DNA of 64,000 nt from a virus (taxonomy: Duplodnaviria; Heunggongvirae; Uroviricota; Caudoviricetes), in IMG/VR virus record IMGVR_UViG_2541047680_000004; one strand, 5' to 3'. Made by a program: the position numbers and the translations under genes. Each line of letters starts with the position of its first letter. The first letter of the stretch is position 1. Shown here piece by piece: positions 18,864-28,900 of the stretch. The notes below the pieces were generated by a model. That model was given only the letters and a program-made list of their open reading frames with translations. It had not been told where the DNA came from and searched no databases.

Positions 18864-19117
18864 TATTTTTGAAAAACCAATATGTTTAAATTACCACTAG
18901 CTCCAGACCACGAAATGGTATTTCCAGAAACCGTAAGACTTGTGTATTTTCCATTGGTTACGTCCATTATGTAATAGTCGATTCCCAATCCCGCCTCAAC
19001 CTCATATGTTCTACTTCCTGAACCAGAGGGAGTAAAATAATCGAGGTAATAAACAGGGGCCAACGCATCGACCATCTCCTGTCTTGATGGCGACCAAACC
19101 TGTGCACCATAGCTCAT
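18863..19117 (-). CDS. hypothetical protein (tail-fiber-associated)
   Basis: 84-aa ORF directly downstream of the long tail fiber gene. Confidence 0.4.
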   Translation of the reverse strand: MSYGAQVWSPSRQEMVDALAPVYYLDYFTPSGSGSRTYEVEAGLGIDYYIMDVTNGKYTSLTVSGNTISWSGASGNLNILVFQK

Positions 19118-19177
19118 AAATATATCCTTATACTTTTAAGCAGGGGCTGGTTTAGTTCCAGCCCCGATTGAAGTTGT

Positions 19178-22100
19178 TTATTCTTTAGGTGAATTTAACT
19201 TCGTTTCAAGCTCCTCAACCCTTTTGGTCAATTGCTGAATATGATGAATGAGTGGTACAACCAAACGCTCATACATCACTCCTTCAGCGACCATACCATT
19301 TGAGGAAATATCTCCTGGAGAATCATTATTTGTTGGTTCACGCCAATGGACATATTGCGGGGCAATCTCACCAACCTCTTCAGCAATAAGGCCGTAATAC
19401 CCCCAATCCTTTCGGTCACCTCGACAAATTGAACGATACCAAACAGGTCTTAATGACAAAAGTTCATCAGCATATCGATCTTGTAATGTTTCAATATCCT
19501 TTTTATAGCGCCTTGAAGATGTTGAACGCCAAACTGTATTGATACCTGGGTTTGGATCAATGTACATATTGGCACCGCTAGTAGTTGTGCCAATATCCCA
19601 TATAGCAAACCCTCCACTACCGCCTGATTTGACAACCAGTGTTTCAGCAATAATATCCAGGTTGCCACTATAGCCTGTCAGTGATGATCTGCTTGCATAG
19701 GAACTTAGAAGGTTTGTTACCTCTGTTTTCGTATAAGCATTAAGGTTAGCCGCAGTCAAAGTAATATCGGCAGAGCCATCAAACGCCACACCAGCAATTT
19801 TCCTTGCTGTCTGCAATTTTGTGGCTGTTGCGGCATTACCAGTAGTATTCTGATTACCGGTTGTATTCACACCAGGGATTGAATCCTTAGCGGTATATAC
19901 CTGCGCCCACGCTGACCATGCCGCATCAGTGGTATCTCTTCTGGAGCGAATGAAAACCGGCGCATGTGCACCGCTCGTACCACTCCAGCCAATAAGCAAC
20001 TCGCCCTCACCAGCAGCACTCGCACCTTTCATGTGCAATACGTTGCCATACGTGGTCGGGTAGCTATTGTTGTACGCCTCGTACATTTGAATGCCAGCAG
20101 TACCTTGAGTAGAACCGCTTAAAGCCGTAACTCGACCACGAGAAACCAATGTATTAATATTGATATCACCTGAACCATCAAACTTAACACCATTGATGTT
20201 TCTCGCTGTTTGCAACTTCGTAGCTGTTGAAGCATTGCCATTCAAGCTACCATTTACGCCACCAGTAACATTTAGTCCATTACCAATAGACACAACACCG
20301 CTGCTATTATTAATTATAATCGGTCGCAAACTGTTCCATGAACCTAACGTATCTCCTGATGCTGTTAGCATGAAATATGTGCTGCCGCCGTCATTACGGA
20401 TAAAGAACCCGTAGTTACCGTAAGCAATGCGGAAACCATTTGCATATTTTGAAACGATCTCACCAGAAGACGTCAACCCTCCAGATAATGTGCCACCTGA
20501 AAGCGGTAATGCTCCTACATCAGAAGCTGTTGGTTTGTTTCTAGTGTTATAAGAACGACGCCAGCCTGGCGCATAATCACTCCCATTGTACACATAAATA
20601 AATTCCGCATTATTAACACCACCATGACCTGATGTTGTTGCCGTTGTAACACGAATAGTGTAGTGGCTTGTTGCCTTATTACTAAACACCTCAATCACGG
20701 AACCAGATAGATCGATCCTACCGCAACCAGTGTCGTCTATATAATTATTGTTGGCGTAAGTCCATGAGCACCGTGCGATCCAATGTTTGTTTGTAAATGC
20801 CCCCTGATTGTTTAGCCAAGTTATAAATTGAGCAGTCGTAAATGCCGTTCCGTTACCACTATTTAACCATCCAGCGGCAGCGGTTGGTGCGTTTATATCA
20901 GCCGGCTGAGGCATAAATCCAGTCGTGTAAACCTGCTCCCAACCACTTTCAAAACCATAGCCATCTCTTGAGGAACGGTAGAACAGACCACCATTTTTAT
21001 AGTGAGCTTTAATTTGAAGCGTACGGCAACTACCTACACCGGTATAAAAGTTGGCAAGAATATAACTGGCGCCTGTTCTAGTTACATTGTAAGCACCAGA
21101 TTCAGCATTCCACGGCACGCCACCATCAGCATCCGCATATGACCCTGTTGCCCTTCTTGCGAAAGCGGCAACATGCGCAGCGGTTAAAGTGATATCAGTA
21201 GAACCATCAAATGGAACACCGGATATTTTTCTTGCAGTCTGAAGTTTTGTAGCAGTTGCAGCATTACCAGTGGTGTTCTGATTACCCGTAGTGTTTACAC
21301 CTGGAAGGTTGATATTTGCAGAACCGTCGAAACCAACTCCACCGATAGATCTTGCCGTCTGCAATTTCGTTGCTGTACTTGCATTACCATTTAATGTTCC
21401 GGTGATCCCACCAGTAACAGACAACGGACCTGAAACTGTTCCTCCGGTTGTTGGCAGTGCTCCAATATCTAACGGCGTCGGTTTCTGATGTGTGCTATAC
21501 ATCGTATAAACAACACCATCGGTAACGCTGGAAGGCTTACTCGCTGAATATGTTGGCGATGTATAAACAGAAACTGACGCATTTGCAGTACAATCCCAAT
21601 GGATATTTACACTCGTCGCATAATTGCCAATTTCAACGTAAATATCATATGTATCGCCGGATGTGTTGATCCAGGCGAAATTCGTTAATCCGACAGCTGT
21701 ACGCTTCCACAAAGCACCTGTAATCCCTTTGGGGTTTCCATTGCCTGCTCGTAGAACCAGTTCTGAAATGCCTGCCTGATGTGGGGAGCCGACGTTGTAA
21801 CCAGCGCCACCAATCAATGCGATGTAAACGATGGAACTCGCTTGTGGCATTGTAACAGTAGCCAGTTTGAACCACCCGGCCCCGCCAGAGAAAGACATCG
21901 TTATTGAATTTAAAGTACCAATATCTTTCGGCGTTAATGTGATATCCGCAGTCAGTGCTTTCCCGTTAATTTTTCGGTTAGATGGCACCCTGCTGTTCGC
22001 ATTGTCATTGACTACTTTAACTGCTTTTGGCGTTGCGGCCAGCGATTCACTGGTGCTGTCGACAGCACTGCTAAGTTTCACAACACCTTTAGTTGTAAGG

Positions 22101-23476
22101 CTTGCGTCTTCCATCGCAACTGCACCGGCAATCTCTTCAGCACGATCAGCAGCAGCTTCCGCACGGGTCGCAGCGGATTCAGCAGCAGTTTTGCTCTGAG
22201 ATGCTGCCGTCGCACTGCCTGCCGCCTCTGTTGCTTTCGTGGATGCCGTCGTGGCGCTGCCCTTCGCTGCTGACGCCTGTCTGGTCGCCTCATCTTTTGA
22301 AGCAGACGCAGATGATGCCGATGACGCTGCCGAACTGGCGGACGATGCGGCTGCCGTTTTTGAGGATTCTGCACGGGTTTCCGACGCTTTCGCGTTCGTT
22401 TCGGATGTCTTCGCTGCGGAAGCAGACCTCGCTGCTGCGCTGGCCTGTTCAGTGGCTTCGCCAGCCTTCGTTGTGGCTGTTGAAGCAGATGATGCGGCAC
22501 TTTCTGCCGATTTTCCGGCGGCGGTGGCACTGGCTGAGGCCTGCCCGGCACTTGTTGACGCGGCACTGGCAGACGACGCAGCCGCTGTTTTTGAGCCTGC
22601 CGCAGCCGAGGCGCTCTGTCCCGCTGCCGTTTCAGAAGACCTGGCGTTCGTCTCGGACGTTTTTGCCGCCTTCGCGGAATTTCCTGCCGCCGTTGCCGAG
22701 GAAGCGGCATTACTGGCGCTCGAGGCTGCGCTCGTTTCTGATGATTTCGCTGCCTCTTTTGAGGCCGCCGCATCCCGGGCTGAGGTGGCAGCTTCTGACG
22801 CCTTCGTGGTCGCGGTGGATGCAGAAGTGGCTGCAGATTTTTGTGACGCTGCAGCATTCGTTTCAGACGTTTTCGCGGCACCGGCACTGGTGGCCGCCGC
22901 GCTTTTTGAGGACTCTGCAGCGGATGCACTTTGAGACGCTTGAGAGGCTTTTTCTCCAGCGGTATTGGCGCTTTCTGCTGCTGCGGCAGCACTGGCCGCC
23001 GCCTCACGAGCTTTGTCGCCAGCAGCATCAATCGCGTCAGTGTTATTTTTATACCACTCAACGTTTTCGTTGTGCTCGTTGACGATCTGCATTAGCGGCT
23101 TAACGGTCACTTCTGTACCGTCTTCACGCTCGATTGTCACCTCATCCAGAGCAGTCAACCAACTGCGCATGGACTTGGAATCAGCCGACATACGCGACAT
23201 TAGTGCTGTAAAGCGCGCGCTAAACTGTGTTAAGTCGCCTTCATAGGTCGTAATGATTCGGCACGGAACTTCAGACTGAGTTTCGCCGGTATAGGGTTCT
23301 GAGAGAACAATGTTCGTATCACTGGTTACGCGCTTGATCTCATACAGCTTATTGTCGGGGCCAATGACGATCATCCCCGGCAACACACCATTAGCTGTTA
23401 CGTTCCAGGCTGTCCCTGCCCCAACCAGAGTATTGCTGCCCTGTGTAAATGTGATAGTACCTTCCCTGTACCACAT
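19178..23476 (-). CDS. long (side / L-shaped) tail fiber with C-terminal S74 intramolecular chaperone domain
   Basis: 1432 aa; Ala/Ser-rich stalk; four GNAATATKLQTAR-type fibre repeats; C-terminal auto-processing chaperone-like segment. Confidence 0.8.
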   Translation of the reverse strand: MWYREGTITFTQGSNTLVGAGTAWNVTANGVLPGMIVIGPDNKLYEIKRVTSDTNIVLSEPYTGETQSEVPCRIITTYEGDLTQFSARFTALMSRMSADSKSMRSWLTALDEVTIEREDGTEVTVKPLMQIVNEHNENVEWYKNNTDAIDAAGDKAREAAASAAAAAESANTAGEKASQASQSASAAESSKSAAATSAGAAKTSETNAAASQKSAATSASTATTKASEAATSARDAAASKEAAKSSETSAASSASNAASSATAAGNSAKAAKTSETNARSSETAAGQSASAAAGSKTAAASSASAASTSAGQASASATAAGKSAESAASSASTATTKAGEATEQASAAARSASAAKTSETNAKASETRAESSKTAAASSASSAASSASSASASKDEATRQASAAKGSATTASTKATEAAGSATAASQSKTAAESAATRAEAAADRAEEIAGAVAMEDASLTTKGVVKLSSAVDSTSESLAATPKAVKVVNDNANSRVPSNRKINGKALTADITLTPKDIGTLNSITMSFSGGAGWFKLATVTMPQASSIVYIALIGGAGYNVGSPHQAGISELVLRAGNGNPKGITGALWKRTAVGLTNFAWINTSGDTYDIYVEIGNYATSVNIHWDCTANASVSVYTSPTYSASKPSSVTDGVVYTMYSTHQKPTPLDIGALPTTGGTVSGPLSVTGGITGTLNGNASTATKLQTARSIGGVGFDGSANINLPGVNTTGNQNTTGNAATATKLQTARKISGVPFDGSTDITLTAAHVAAFARRATGSYADADGGVPWNAESGAYNVTRTGASYILANFYTGVGSCRTLQIKAHYKNGGLFYRSSRDGYGFESGWEQVYTTGFMPQPADINAPTAAAGWLNSGNGTAFTTAQFITWLNNQGAFTNKHWIARCSWTYANNNYIDDTGCGRIDLSGSVIEVFSNKATSHYTIRVTTATTSGHGGVNNAEFIYVYNGSDYAPGWRRSYNTRNKPTASDVGALPLSGGTLSGGLTSSGEIVSKYANGFRIAYGNYGFFIRNDGGSTYFMLTASGDTLGSWNSLRPIIINNSSGVVSIGNGLNVTGGVNGSLNGNASTATKLQTARNINGVKFDGSGDININTLVSRGRVTALSGSTQGTAGIQMYEAYNNSYPTTYGNVLHMKGASAAGEGELLIGWSGTSGAHAPVFIRSRRDTTDAAWSAWAQVYTAKDSIPGVNTTGNQNTTGNAATATKLQTARKIAGVAFDGSADITLTAANLNAYTKTEVTNLLSSYASRSSLTGYSGNLDIIAETLVVKSGGSGGFAIWDIGTTTSGANMYIDPNPGINTVWRSTSSRRYKKDIETLQDRYADELLSLRPVWYRSICRGDRKDWGYYGLIAEEVGEIAPQYVHWREPTNNDSPGDISSNGMVAEGVMYERLVVPLIHHIQQLTKRVEELETKLNSPKE

Positions 23477-23567
23477 GTTGAATATGCTCCTTGATTTGGT
23501 GGGCTATCCTTGCCCCCATTAAGTGTGTACCTACTTATTTTTACCGATATAAATATTTTTTTCTACA

Positions 23568-26500
23568 TTACAGAAGGCCAATTCTTACTCGTAGGACGTT
23601 GTTATCGTCATAAACGTCAATCCGCTGACCATTTATGACCAGTCGCCCATTACCCCCGCTATTACCGTTGATCTCAAGCGTTCCATTTTTGCCGAACCGC
23701 CATCCAGATCTACCGCTAACAAAATTGGTAGATTGCAGATCGCCTACTTTTGCATTGGTGATTGTGCCATCCTTGATATACGCACCATTCATATAGGCGA
23801 TACTGTTTTCGATAACAAATGGCGTGGTGATCTTCCCGTTAACAGAGTTGACCAAACCAAACCTGTCAGCCTGCACCAAAAACTGAGAAAGGCCAGTGGT
23901 GTCGATACCAAGCGCAATACCAGCAACATACTTCTGCCCTCCGCTCGTTGAAGTTTCCATTTTCAACGTCCACGCGGTTGACACTTTTTTGTTGGTATCA
24001 GCAATAGCTGTTGCCTGCTGTTGAATTGTCGCGGTATTTCCATCCACCTCTGCTTTCAGAGTATCGATTCGCCCACTCAGAGCATTATCTGCCTGCGTTC
24101 TCGCTGTCGTTTCAGTTGTTACCGCCGCGGAAATGTTGGCTGCCGTTTGAGACTCTAAGTTTGTGATTTGAGTCGCCAATGCAGCATCTTGCTCTGTACG
24201 CGTTTTCGTTTCGGTTGCTACAGCCGCTTTAATATCCTCTTTGTATTGAGAGGTCAGCTTGGTGATCTGAGACGACAACGCCGAGTCAGCATCAGTTCGA
24301 GCCTGCGTTTCAACTGCAACGGCCGCACTAATATCTTTCGCTGTCTGTGCTTTTAAACTTGAAACCTCTTTTGTTAAAGCGGTATCACCATCAGCACGAG
24401 CCGTTGTTTCTCTGGCAAGAGATGCCTCGAGATCATTAGCTTTTGCTGTAAGAGACGAAATCTGAGTGGACAATGCACTATCGGCATCAGTCCTTGCCTT
24501 TGTCTCTACAGCAACCGCTGCGGCAATATCAGTTCCGGTTTGTGCTCGCAGGCTGTTAATTTCTCGTGAGAGCGCCTGGTCAGCACTTGCTCTGGCCTCC
24601 TGCTCCTGAGTGATGGCAGCGGATATATCACCGTCAACCTTTGACTGAAGCTGGTTTATTAGTTTGGCTAACGCAGAGTCCCCGCTTGCTCGGGCCTCCT
24701 GCTCACTACGTATTGCAGCAGAAATATCATCATCAACCTTTGCCTGAAGTTGGGTGATCTGGCTTGCCAGAGCCGAATCTTCCGTTGCTCGGGCTTCTTG
24801 CTCTTCCTTAATAGCTGCGACGATATCGTTGCTTACTTTCGACTCAAGCTGAGTGATCTGTGTCGTCAGAGCTTCATCGGCAGATGTGCGAGCCTCCTGC
24901 TCTGTACTAATCGCCGCGCTGATATCTCCTTCAAACTTAGATTGCAGCTGAGTGACACGCTTTGCCAACGCTTCATCGCCATCGGCACGAGCGGTGGACT
25001 CTTCCAGAATACTGGCCTTAATGTCTTCGCCAATTTCTACGCGAATTTCCTCAACCTTCGTGGCCATTGCAGACATATCATCAGCAAAGGTTTTCTGTGT
25101 TGTTGCGATCTTCGCGTTATTGACCATCTGCTTGTGCTGGTCTTCATCTTGACGAAGAGCCAGGTCAATATTTGTTTTGGCTAACGCCTCAATGTTCGTA
25201 GTCAGTTCTGCACTGGCACGATCGACCTCTGCAACCGTCTTTTTCATTTCTTCAACGGCAGCGGAGCTTTCCTCTACCGTTGACTGCAACACTTCCAGTT
25301 GTTTAGCGTTTGCAGCATCGCCTTCAACACGAGCCTCGCTTTCCTTAGCAATAAGAGCCGCCGCTTCATCTCTTGCAGCCTTTATTGCCTCGACTGTATT
25401 AGCGAGAGCTTTATCGTGTTCAGATACGGTGTTTTCGATTTCAACAATTGCAGCATCAGTGGCATCAATTTTTTCAAACGCTTCATTGACCTTGTCGATC
25501 GTTGCCGAAACCTCACCTTTAAGCTCGGTTTGTGCGTTCTCCAAAGCATCGCTACGCTCGTTGAATTTTATTTCAAAACCCGCGAGGTTATCGCTGAACT
25601 GCTTATCTAATTCAGCTATATCTTCCTTAACGTCGTTTACCGACCCCTCCAAAGATTCGACGCTCTGGTTGATATGCTCATTTAACTCGTCAACTGCTTC
25701 TTGAGAGGCTTTGCTGTTGATGTCCTCAAGCAGAGCCTGACCAAGCTCGGAAGATGTAATTTTGCCAGCCAGGAACGACAGTACATCGCGAGTTGTCGCC
25801 TCTGTACCCAAGTTTGAGTTCGGAGGGCTTAACATACCTCGCTTGTTCGATGCTCGAACCCAGTAATACCACGTTTCGCTATCCCCAAGACCAGCATGTG
25901 TAAAGGTGGTGCTTGCAGACTCTGCGATCAGTTTCGCCGTATCCAGATTGTTGGTCTGGGATGCGTAAACATTAATGTGATCAAGGTCTACCGAATCTGG
26001 ATTAACCCAATTCAGTATCACATTACGATAGTCTCCAACGGCCGTTAATGACGTTGGGGCATCCGGCGGTGTCATTGTGCCCAACACCTGATAAACGGTA
26101 CTGATAATCTCTGTTTTTTTACCGTTGAATGAAACCGCATACAGTTGGAAGTCGTAGCGTCCATTCTCCGCGACATTAACGATTTCGTATTGCTCTTCGG
26201 TTACACGCGCCGATTGCCAGTTCGATACATTGTTTTCATCAGAACGTCGCCAACTGATCCAATACTCTGGAGATTTTCCTTCCCATGTTGCAGTCAGTTT
26301 TACTGACAGGTTGCCCGGGCTTGAGAGATAAGTCCCTTCAGTGATTTGCAGATTAGATGGCTTGGAGTAAGTTGGGTCCAATACCGTCGTATTCTGCGGG
26401 ATCAGCGTTGCACCATTGTCGATTGCCTCATATTTAGACGGATTGTTCTCAACAGCGGTGATGTCAAAGCTACCCGGCGTTTCCCCCTGCGCGATGTTAA

Positions 26501-28298
26501 CGATGCGAACGCGCATAGGTTCGAGATCTGGTTCTGTAATTGTCCAGACACCGTTCAAAACAGGCGTTTCCGCTGACGACAGGGCTTTTGAAAACGTAAC
26601 CTTTGTTATGTTTTCGCCAGTTTCAAGAACATCGCGTTCAACGATTTTGCCTTCCTGATTCAATATCCGAATAAAGCTGCCGCTTTTAGCTAACGACACA
26701 GGCGCATCGAGAGTGATGCTGTTTTTGGTAAACTCCACAATTCGACCGGAGTTACGTTTACCTGCACGATATTTGTTCTGAATCAGAACGGTTTCACCGG
26801 GCATCAGAAATGAGGCGTCTAAGCCGGCAGTAAATGTAATTACATCCGACTCCATTCTGGCGGTATACAAAAGCCACAAACCAACTCGGTGAGCCTGGCC
26901 TCGGCTTGTACATCCAAATGCTACGACTTCTGTTTTACGCTCACCATAACGGCGCATTGCGTCCTGATCTTCAACGTACTCGATGTTTTGCTTATAACCG
27001 TCCTCCTTGTTGTTGTAGGTTACGAGCGCAACGGATGGGCGATCTTTACGCGCAGAACCTTTATAGGTAAACAGTCCATCTTTGACGTTGGAGTTGGTAA
27101 ACATCATTACCGGATCTGATGGGCTATCCTGCATGATGTTAACCATGCCACCAGCCCAAAACACCATGCCGCGGAATGCACCGGCAATATCCTGAATTAA
27201 TCGGTATGCGTCTTGTCGACTGGTGATCTGCGTATTGATTGCAAAGCGTTTCTCTTTACCCCCAAAGCCATCATCGACCTCTTCGTCACAATATCGACCA
27301 ATCTGGTAGAGCTGGCCGAGGTCAATCATGGATTCCGACACAAATTGCCCAAGACCATACCGAGTATTGGTAAGCAAATCGTAGAGAATCCACGCAGGGT
27401 TTGAAGAAGACAACAGCTTAAAAGTACCGTCCCATACGCCGACATAAGTATTGGTGTATTCGTTGTAGTTTGACGGTACTCGGATTTTGATACCGCGCAC
27501 CAAATACGAACGGGAAGGCATTGTGCTACCAAACTGCTCTGAATTGACCTTCAAGCCAACAAGAGCAGAGTTAGGGTAGTTCATTGGCGTGTCGACAATC
27601 TCACCGATGGAATCAACCCATGTGTCGTTGTAGAGGTACTGGCTACTATTATCATCTGTAAGACGAATCACCCTAACCTTGTATGCACGACCAGGCTTAG
27701 GCAGTTTCAGCTCATAGCTACGGTAATACACGCCGGTTTTCTTTGCCGTTAGCGTGATATCAACGCTTTTCTCACCTTCTGCCACTACATCAGAAAATGT
27801 TGCGTCTGCGTTGGCGATCTGGAATTTGTACTTCACCGTAGTGCCATTTGTATCGCCAGAGCTTTTATCAACGCTACGTAAAGAGGGGAATTTCATGATG
27901 ACACGAACGCGATCAGCTTCATCGTTATCGATTGAAACCGTAACGTCGTGTGTTTTTTTAAGCTGAATATTTACGGACTTAGGCGTTTCGACAAAATCAA
28001 AACCAGCCATTGGCGTCTGATCTTGTGAGCCGTCACGAAAATCCCATGTAATACCGCTGAAGTTGGAAGAGCCATCTTCATTCAAGATCGGTAAATCGTC
28101 GATGAAGATCGACTTTGCGCCATTTACCAGGCCACCGATAACCCCCTCGCCAAGAAGGTCGAGGATGGCTGCCATAGCACGAGAATTGACAGTATCATCA
28201 GCTTCAACCGGGGTACGGCTGGAGCTTTTACTTTTCTTGCCACCAGCACCGGCAATAAGAAGCGGTAATTTTTTCTTCTTGAACTGTTCCATGTCCAA
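23568..28298 (-). CDS. central tail fiber / host specificity protein (lambda J-like) with expanded coiled-coil repeat insert
   Basis: 1576 aa; blocks matching lambda J (PNSALVGLKVNSEQFGS, FGCTSRGQAHRVGLWL, C-terminal VAGIALGID...FLV region); about 14 tandem 28-aa repeats. Confidence 0.85.
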   Translation of the reverse strand: MDMEQFKKKKLPLLIAGAGGKKSKSSSRTPVEADDTVNSRAMAAILDLLGEGVIGGLVNGAKSIFIDDLPILNEDGSSNFSGITWDFRDGSQDQTPMAGFDFVETPKSVNIQLKKTHDVTVSIDNDEADRVRVIMKFPSLRSVDKSSGDTNGTTVKYKFQIANADATFSDVVAEGEKSVDITLTAKKTGVYYRSYELKLPKPGRAYKVRVIRLTDDNSSQYLYNDTWVDSIGEIVDTPMNYPNSALVGLKVNSEQFGSTMPSRSYLVRGIKIRVPSNYNEYTNTYVGVWDGTFKLLSSSNPAWILYDLLTNTRYGLGQFVSESMIDLGQLYQIGRYCDEEVDDGFGGKEKRFAINTQITSRQDAYRLIQDIAGAFRGMVFWAGGMVNIMQDSPSDPVMMFTNSNVKDGLFTYKGSARKDRPSVALVTYNNKEDGYKQNIEYVEDQDAMRRYGERKTEVVAFGCTSRGQAHRVGLWLLYTARMESDVITFTAGLDASFLMPGETVLIQNKYRAGKRNSGRIVEFTKNSITLDAPVSLAKSGSFIRILNQEGKIVERDVLETGENITKVTFSKALSSAETPVLNGVWTITEPDLEPMRVRIVNIAQGETPGSFDITAVENNPSKYEAIDNGATLIPQNTTVLDPTYSKPSNLQITEGTYLSSPGNLSVKLTATWEGKSPEYWISWRRSDENNVSNWQSARVTEEQYEIVNVAENGRYDFQLYAVSFNGKKTEIISTVYQVLGTMTPPDAPTSLTAVGDYRNVILNWVNPDSVDLDHINVYASQTNNLDTAKLIAESASTTFTHAGLGDSETWYYWVRASNKRGMLSPPNSNLGTEATTRDVLSFLAGKITSSELGQALLEDINSKASQEAVDELNEHINQSVESLEGSVNDVKEDIAELDKQFSDNLAGFEIKFNERSDALENAQTELKGEVSATIDKVNEAFEKIDATDAAIVEIENTVSEHDKALANTVEAIKAARDEAAALIAKESEARVEGDAANAKQLEVLQSTVEESSAAVEEMKKTVAEVDRASAELTTNIEALAKTNIDLALRQDEDQHKQMVNNAKIATTQKTFADDMSAMATKVEEIRVEIGEDIKASILEESTARADGDEALAKRVTQLQSKFEGDISAAISTEQEARTSADEALTTQITQLESKVSNDIVAAIKEEQEARATEDSALASQITQLQAKVDDDISAAIRSEQEARASGDSALAKLINQLQSKVDGDISAAITQEQEARASADQALSREINSLRAQTGTDIAAAVAVETKARTDADSALSTQISSLTAKANDLEASLARETTARADGDTALTKEVSSLKAQTAKDISAAVAVETQARTDADSALSSQITKLTSQYKEDIKAAVATETKTRTEQDAALATQITNLESQTAANISAAVTTETTARTQADNALSGRIDTLKAEVDGNTATIQQQATAIADTNKKVSTAWTLKMETSTSGGQKYVAGIALGIDTTGLSQFLVQADRFGLVNSVNGKITTPFVIENSIAYMNGAYIKDGTITNAKVGDLQSTNFVSGRSGWRFGKNGTLEINGNSGGNGRLVINGQRIDVYDDNNVLRVRIGLL

Positions 28299-28309
28299 AA
28301 AATCCTTGA

Positions 28310-28900
28310 TTACATAAGCTGGTCGATGGTGATAGAAGAACTCACGACCTGTGAGCCAACTAAAATTTCCTCGCCATAGATAAGCTGTACAGGGTTCCCC
28401 TGGTTTGTTGTGTTTTGAGGTCCATCAAAGTAATAAGAGTTCGAGTTATCCGCCTGCCTCACACTTTCGTTAGTGGCTTGCGGAGATATGATTTGCGCTA
28501 TACCGCCCATCATCAGTGACAAACCGAGAGGCGCAAGAGCGGGCACCCATATCGAGGCAACCATTAATACTGCTCCAACAACCGTCTGAAACCATCCAAA
28601 AGCAGATCCACCACTTCCTCGCGGAACAGGGGTAATGCGGATTTTTGCAATATTGTCAGACTGCCCCATCATCTGATATTCACTCTCGTCCACAGACCAC
28701 TTGTGGCCCTGTTTATTGGTGATCTGGATGTGGTATCTGTCATAGGTTTTGATATTGCGCTTCATCCATGCTTTAAACCCAGGCTTGTTGGCCTCAATTA
28801 AATCCAGAGCCTGTTTTGTATTACGCACCTTTAGATGCCAGTGGCGGCCAAAATGTTTGGCCATAGGGCCGCCAAGCTGCACATGAACTAACTCAGACAC
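28310..28900 (-). CDS. tail assembly protein I-like
   Basis: 196 aa, hydrophobic central segment, lambda I-like position between K and J. Confidence 0.75.
   Translation of the reverse strand: MSELVHVQLGGPMAKHFGRHWHLKVRNTKQALDLIEANKPGFKAWMKRNIKTYDRYHIQITNKQGHKWSVDESEYQMMGQSDNIAKIRITPVPRGSGGSAFGWFQTVVGAVLMVASIWVPALAPLGLSLMMGGIAQIISPQATNESVRQADNSNSYYFDGPQNTTNQGNPVQLIYGEEILVGSQVVSSSITIDQLM

Noticed and set aside
22078-23082. Long ORFs in alternative frames inside the tail fibre gene (22078..23061 minus Arg/Pro-rich, 22102..23082 plus, 22239..22934 plus Ala/Asp-rich)
   Set aside because: They arise from the GC-rich Ala/Ser-encoding low-complexity stalk of the fibre gene, have no start context, and overlap a well-supported gene.
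23733-27966. Multiple 60-175-aa ORFs on the plus strand across the J-like gene (for example 24750..25184, 25177..25704)
   Set aside because: Antisense or out-of-frame to a 1576-aa gene with clear lambda J similarity; generated by the tandem coiled-coil repeat region.
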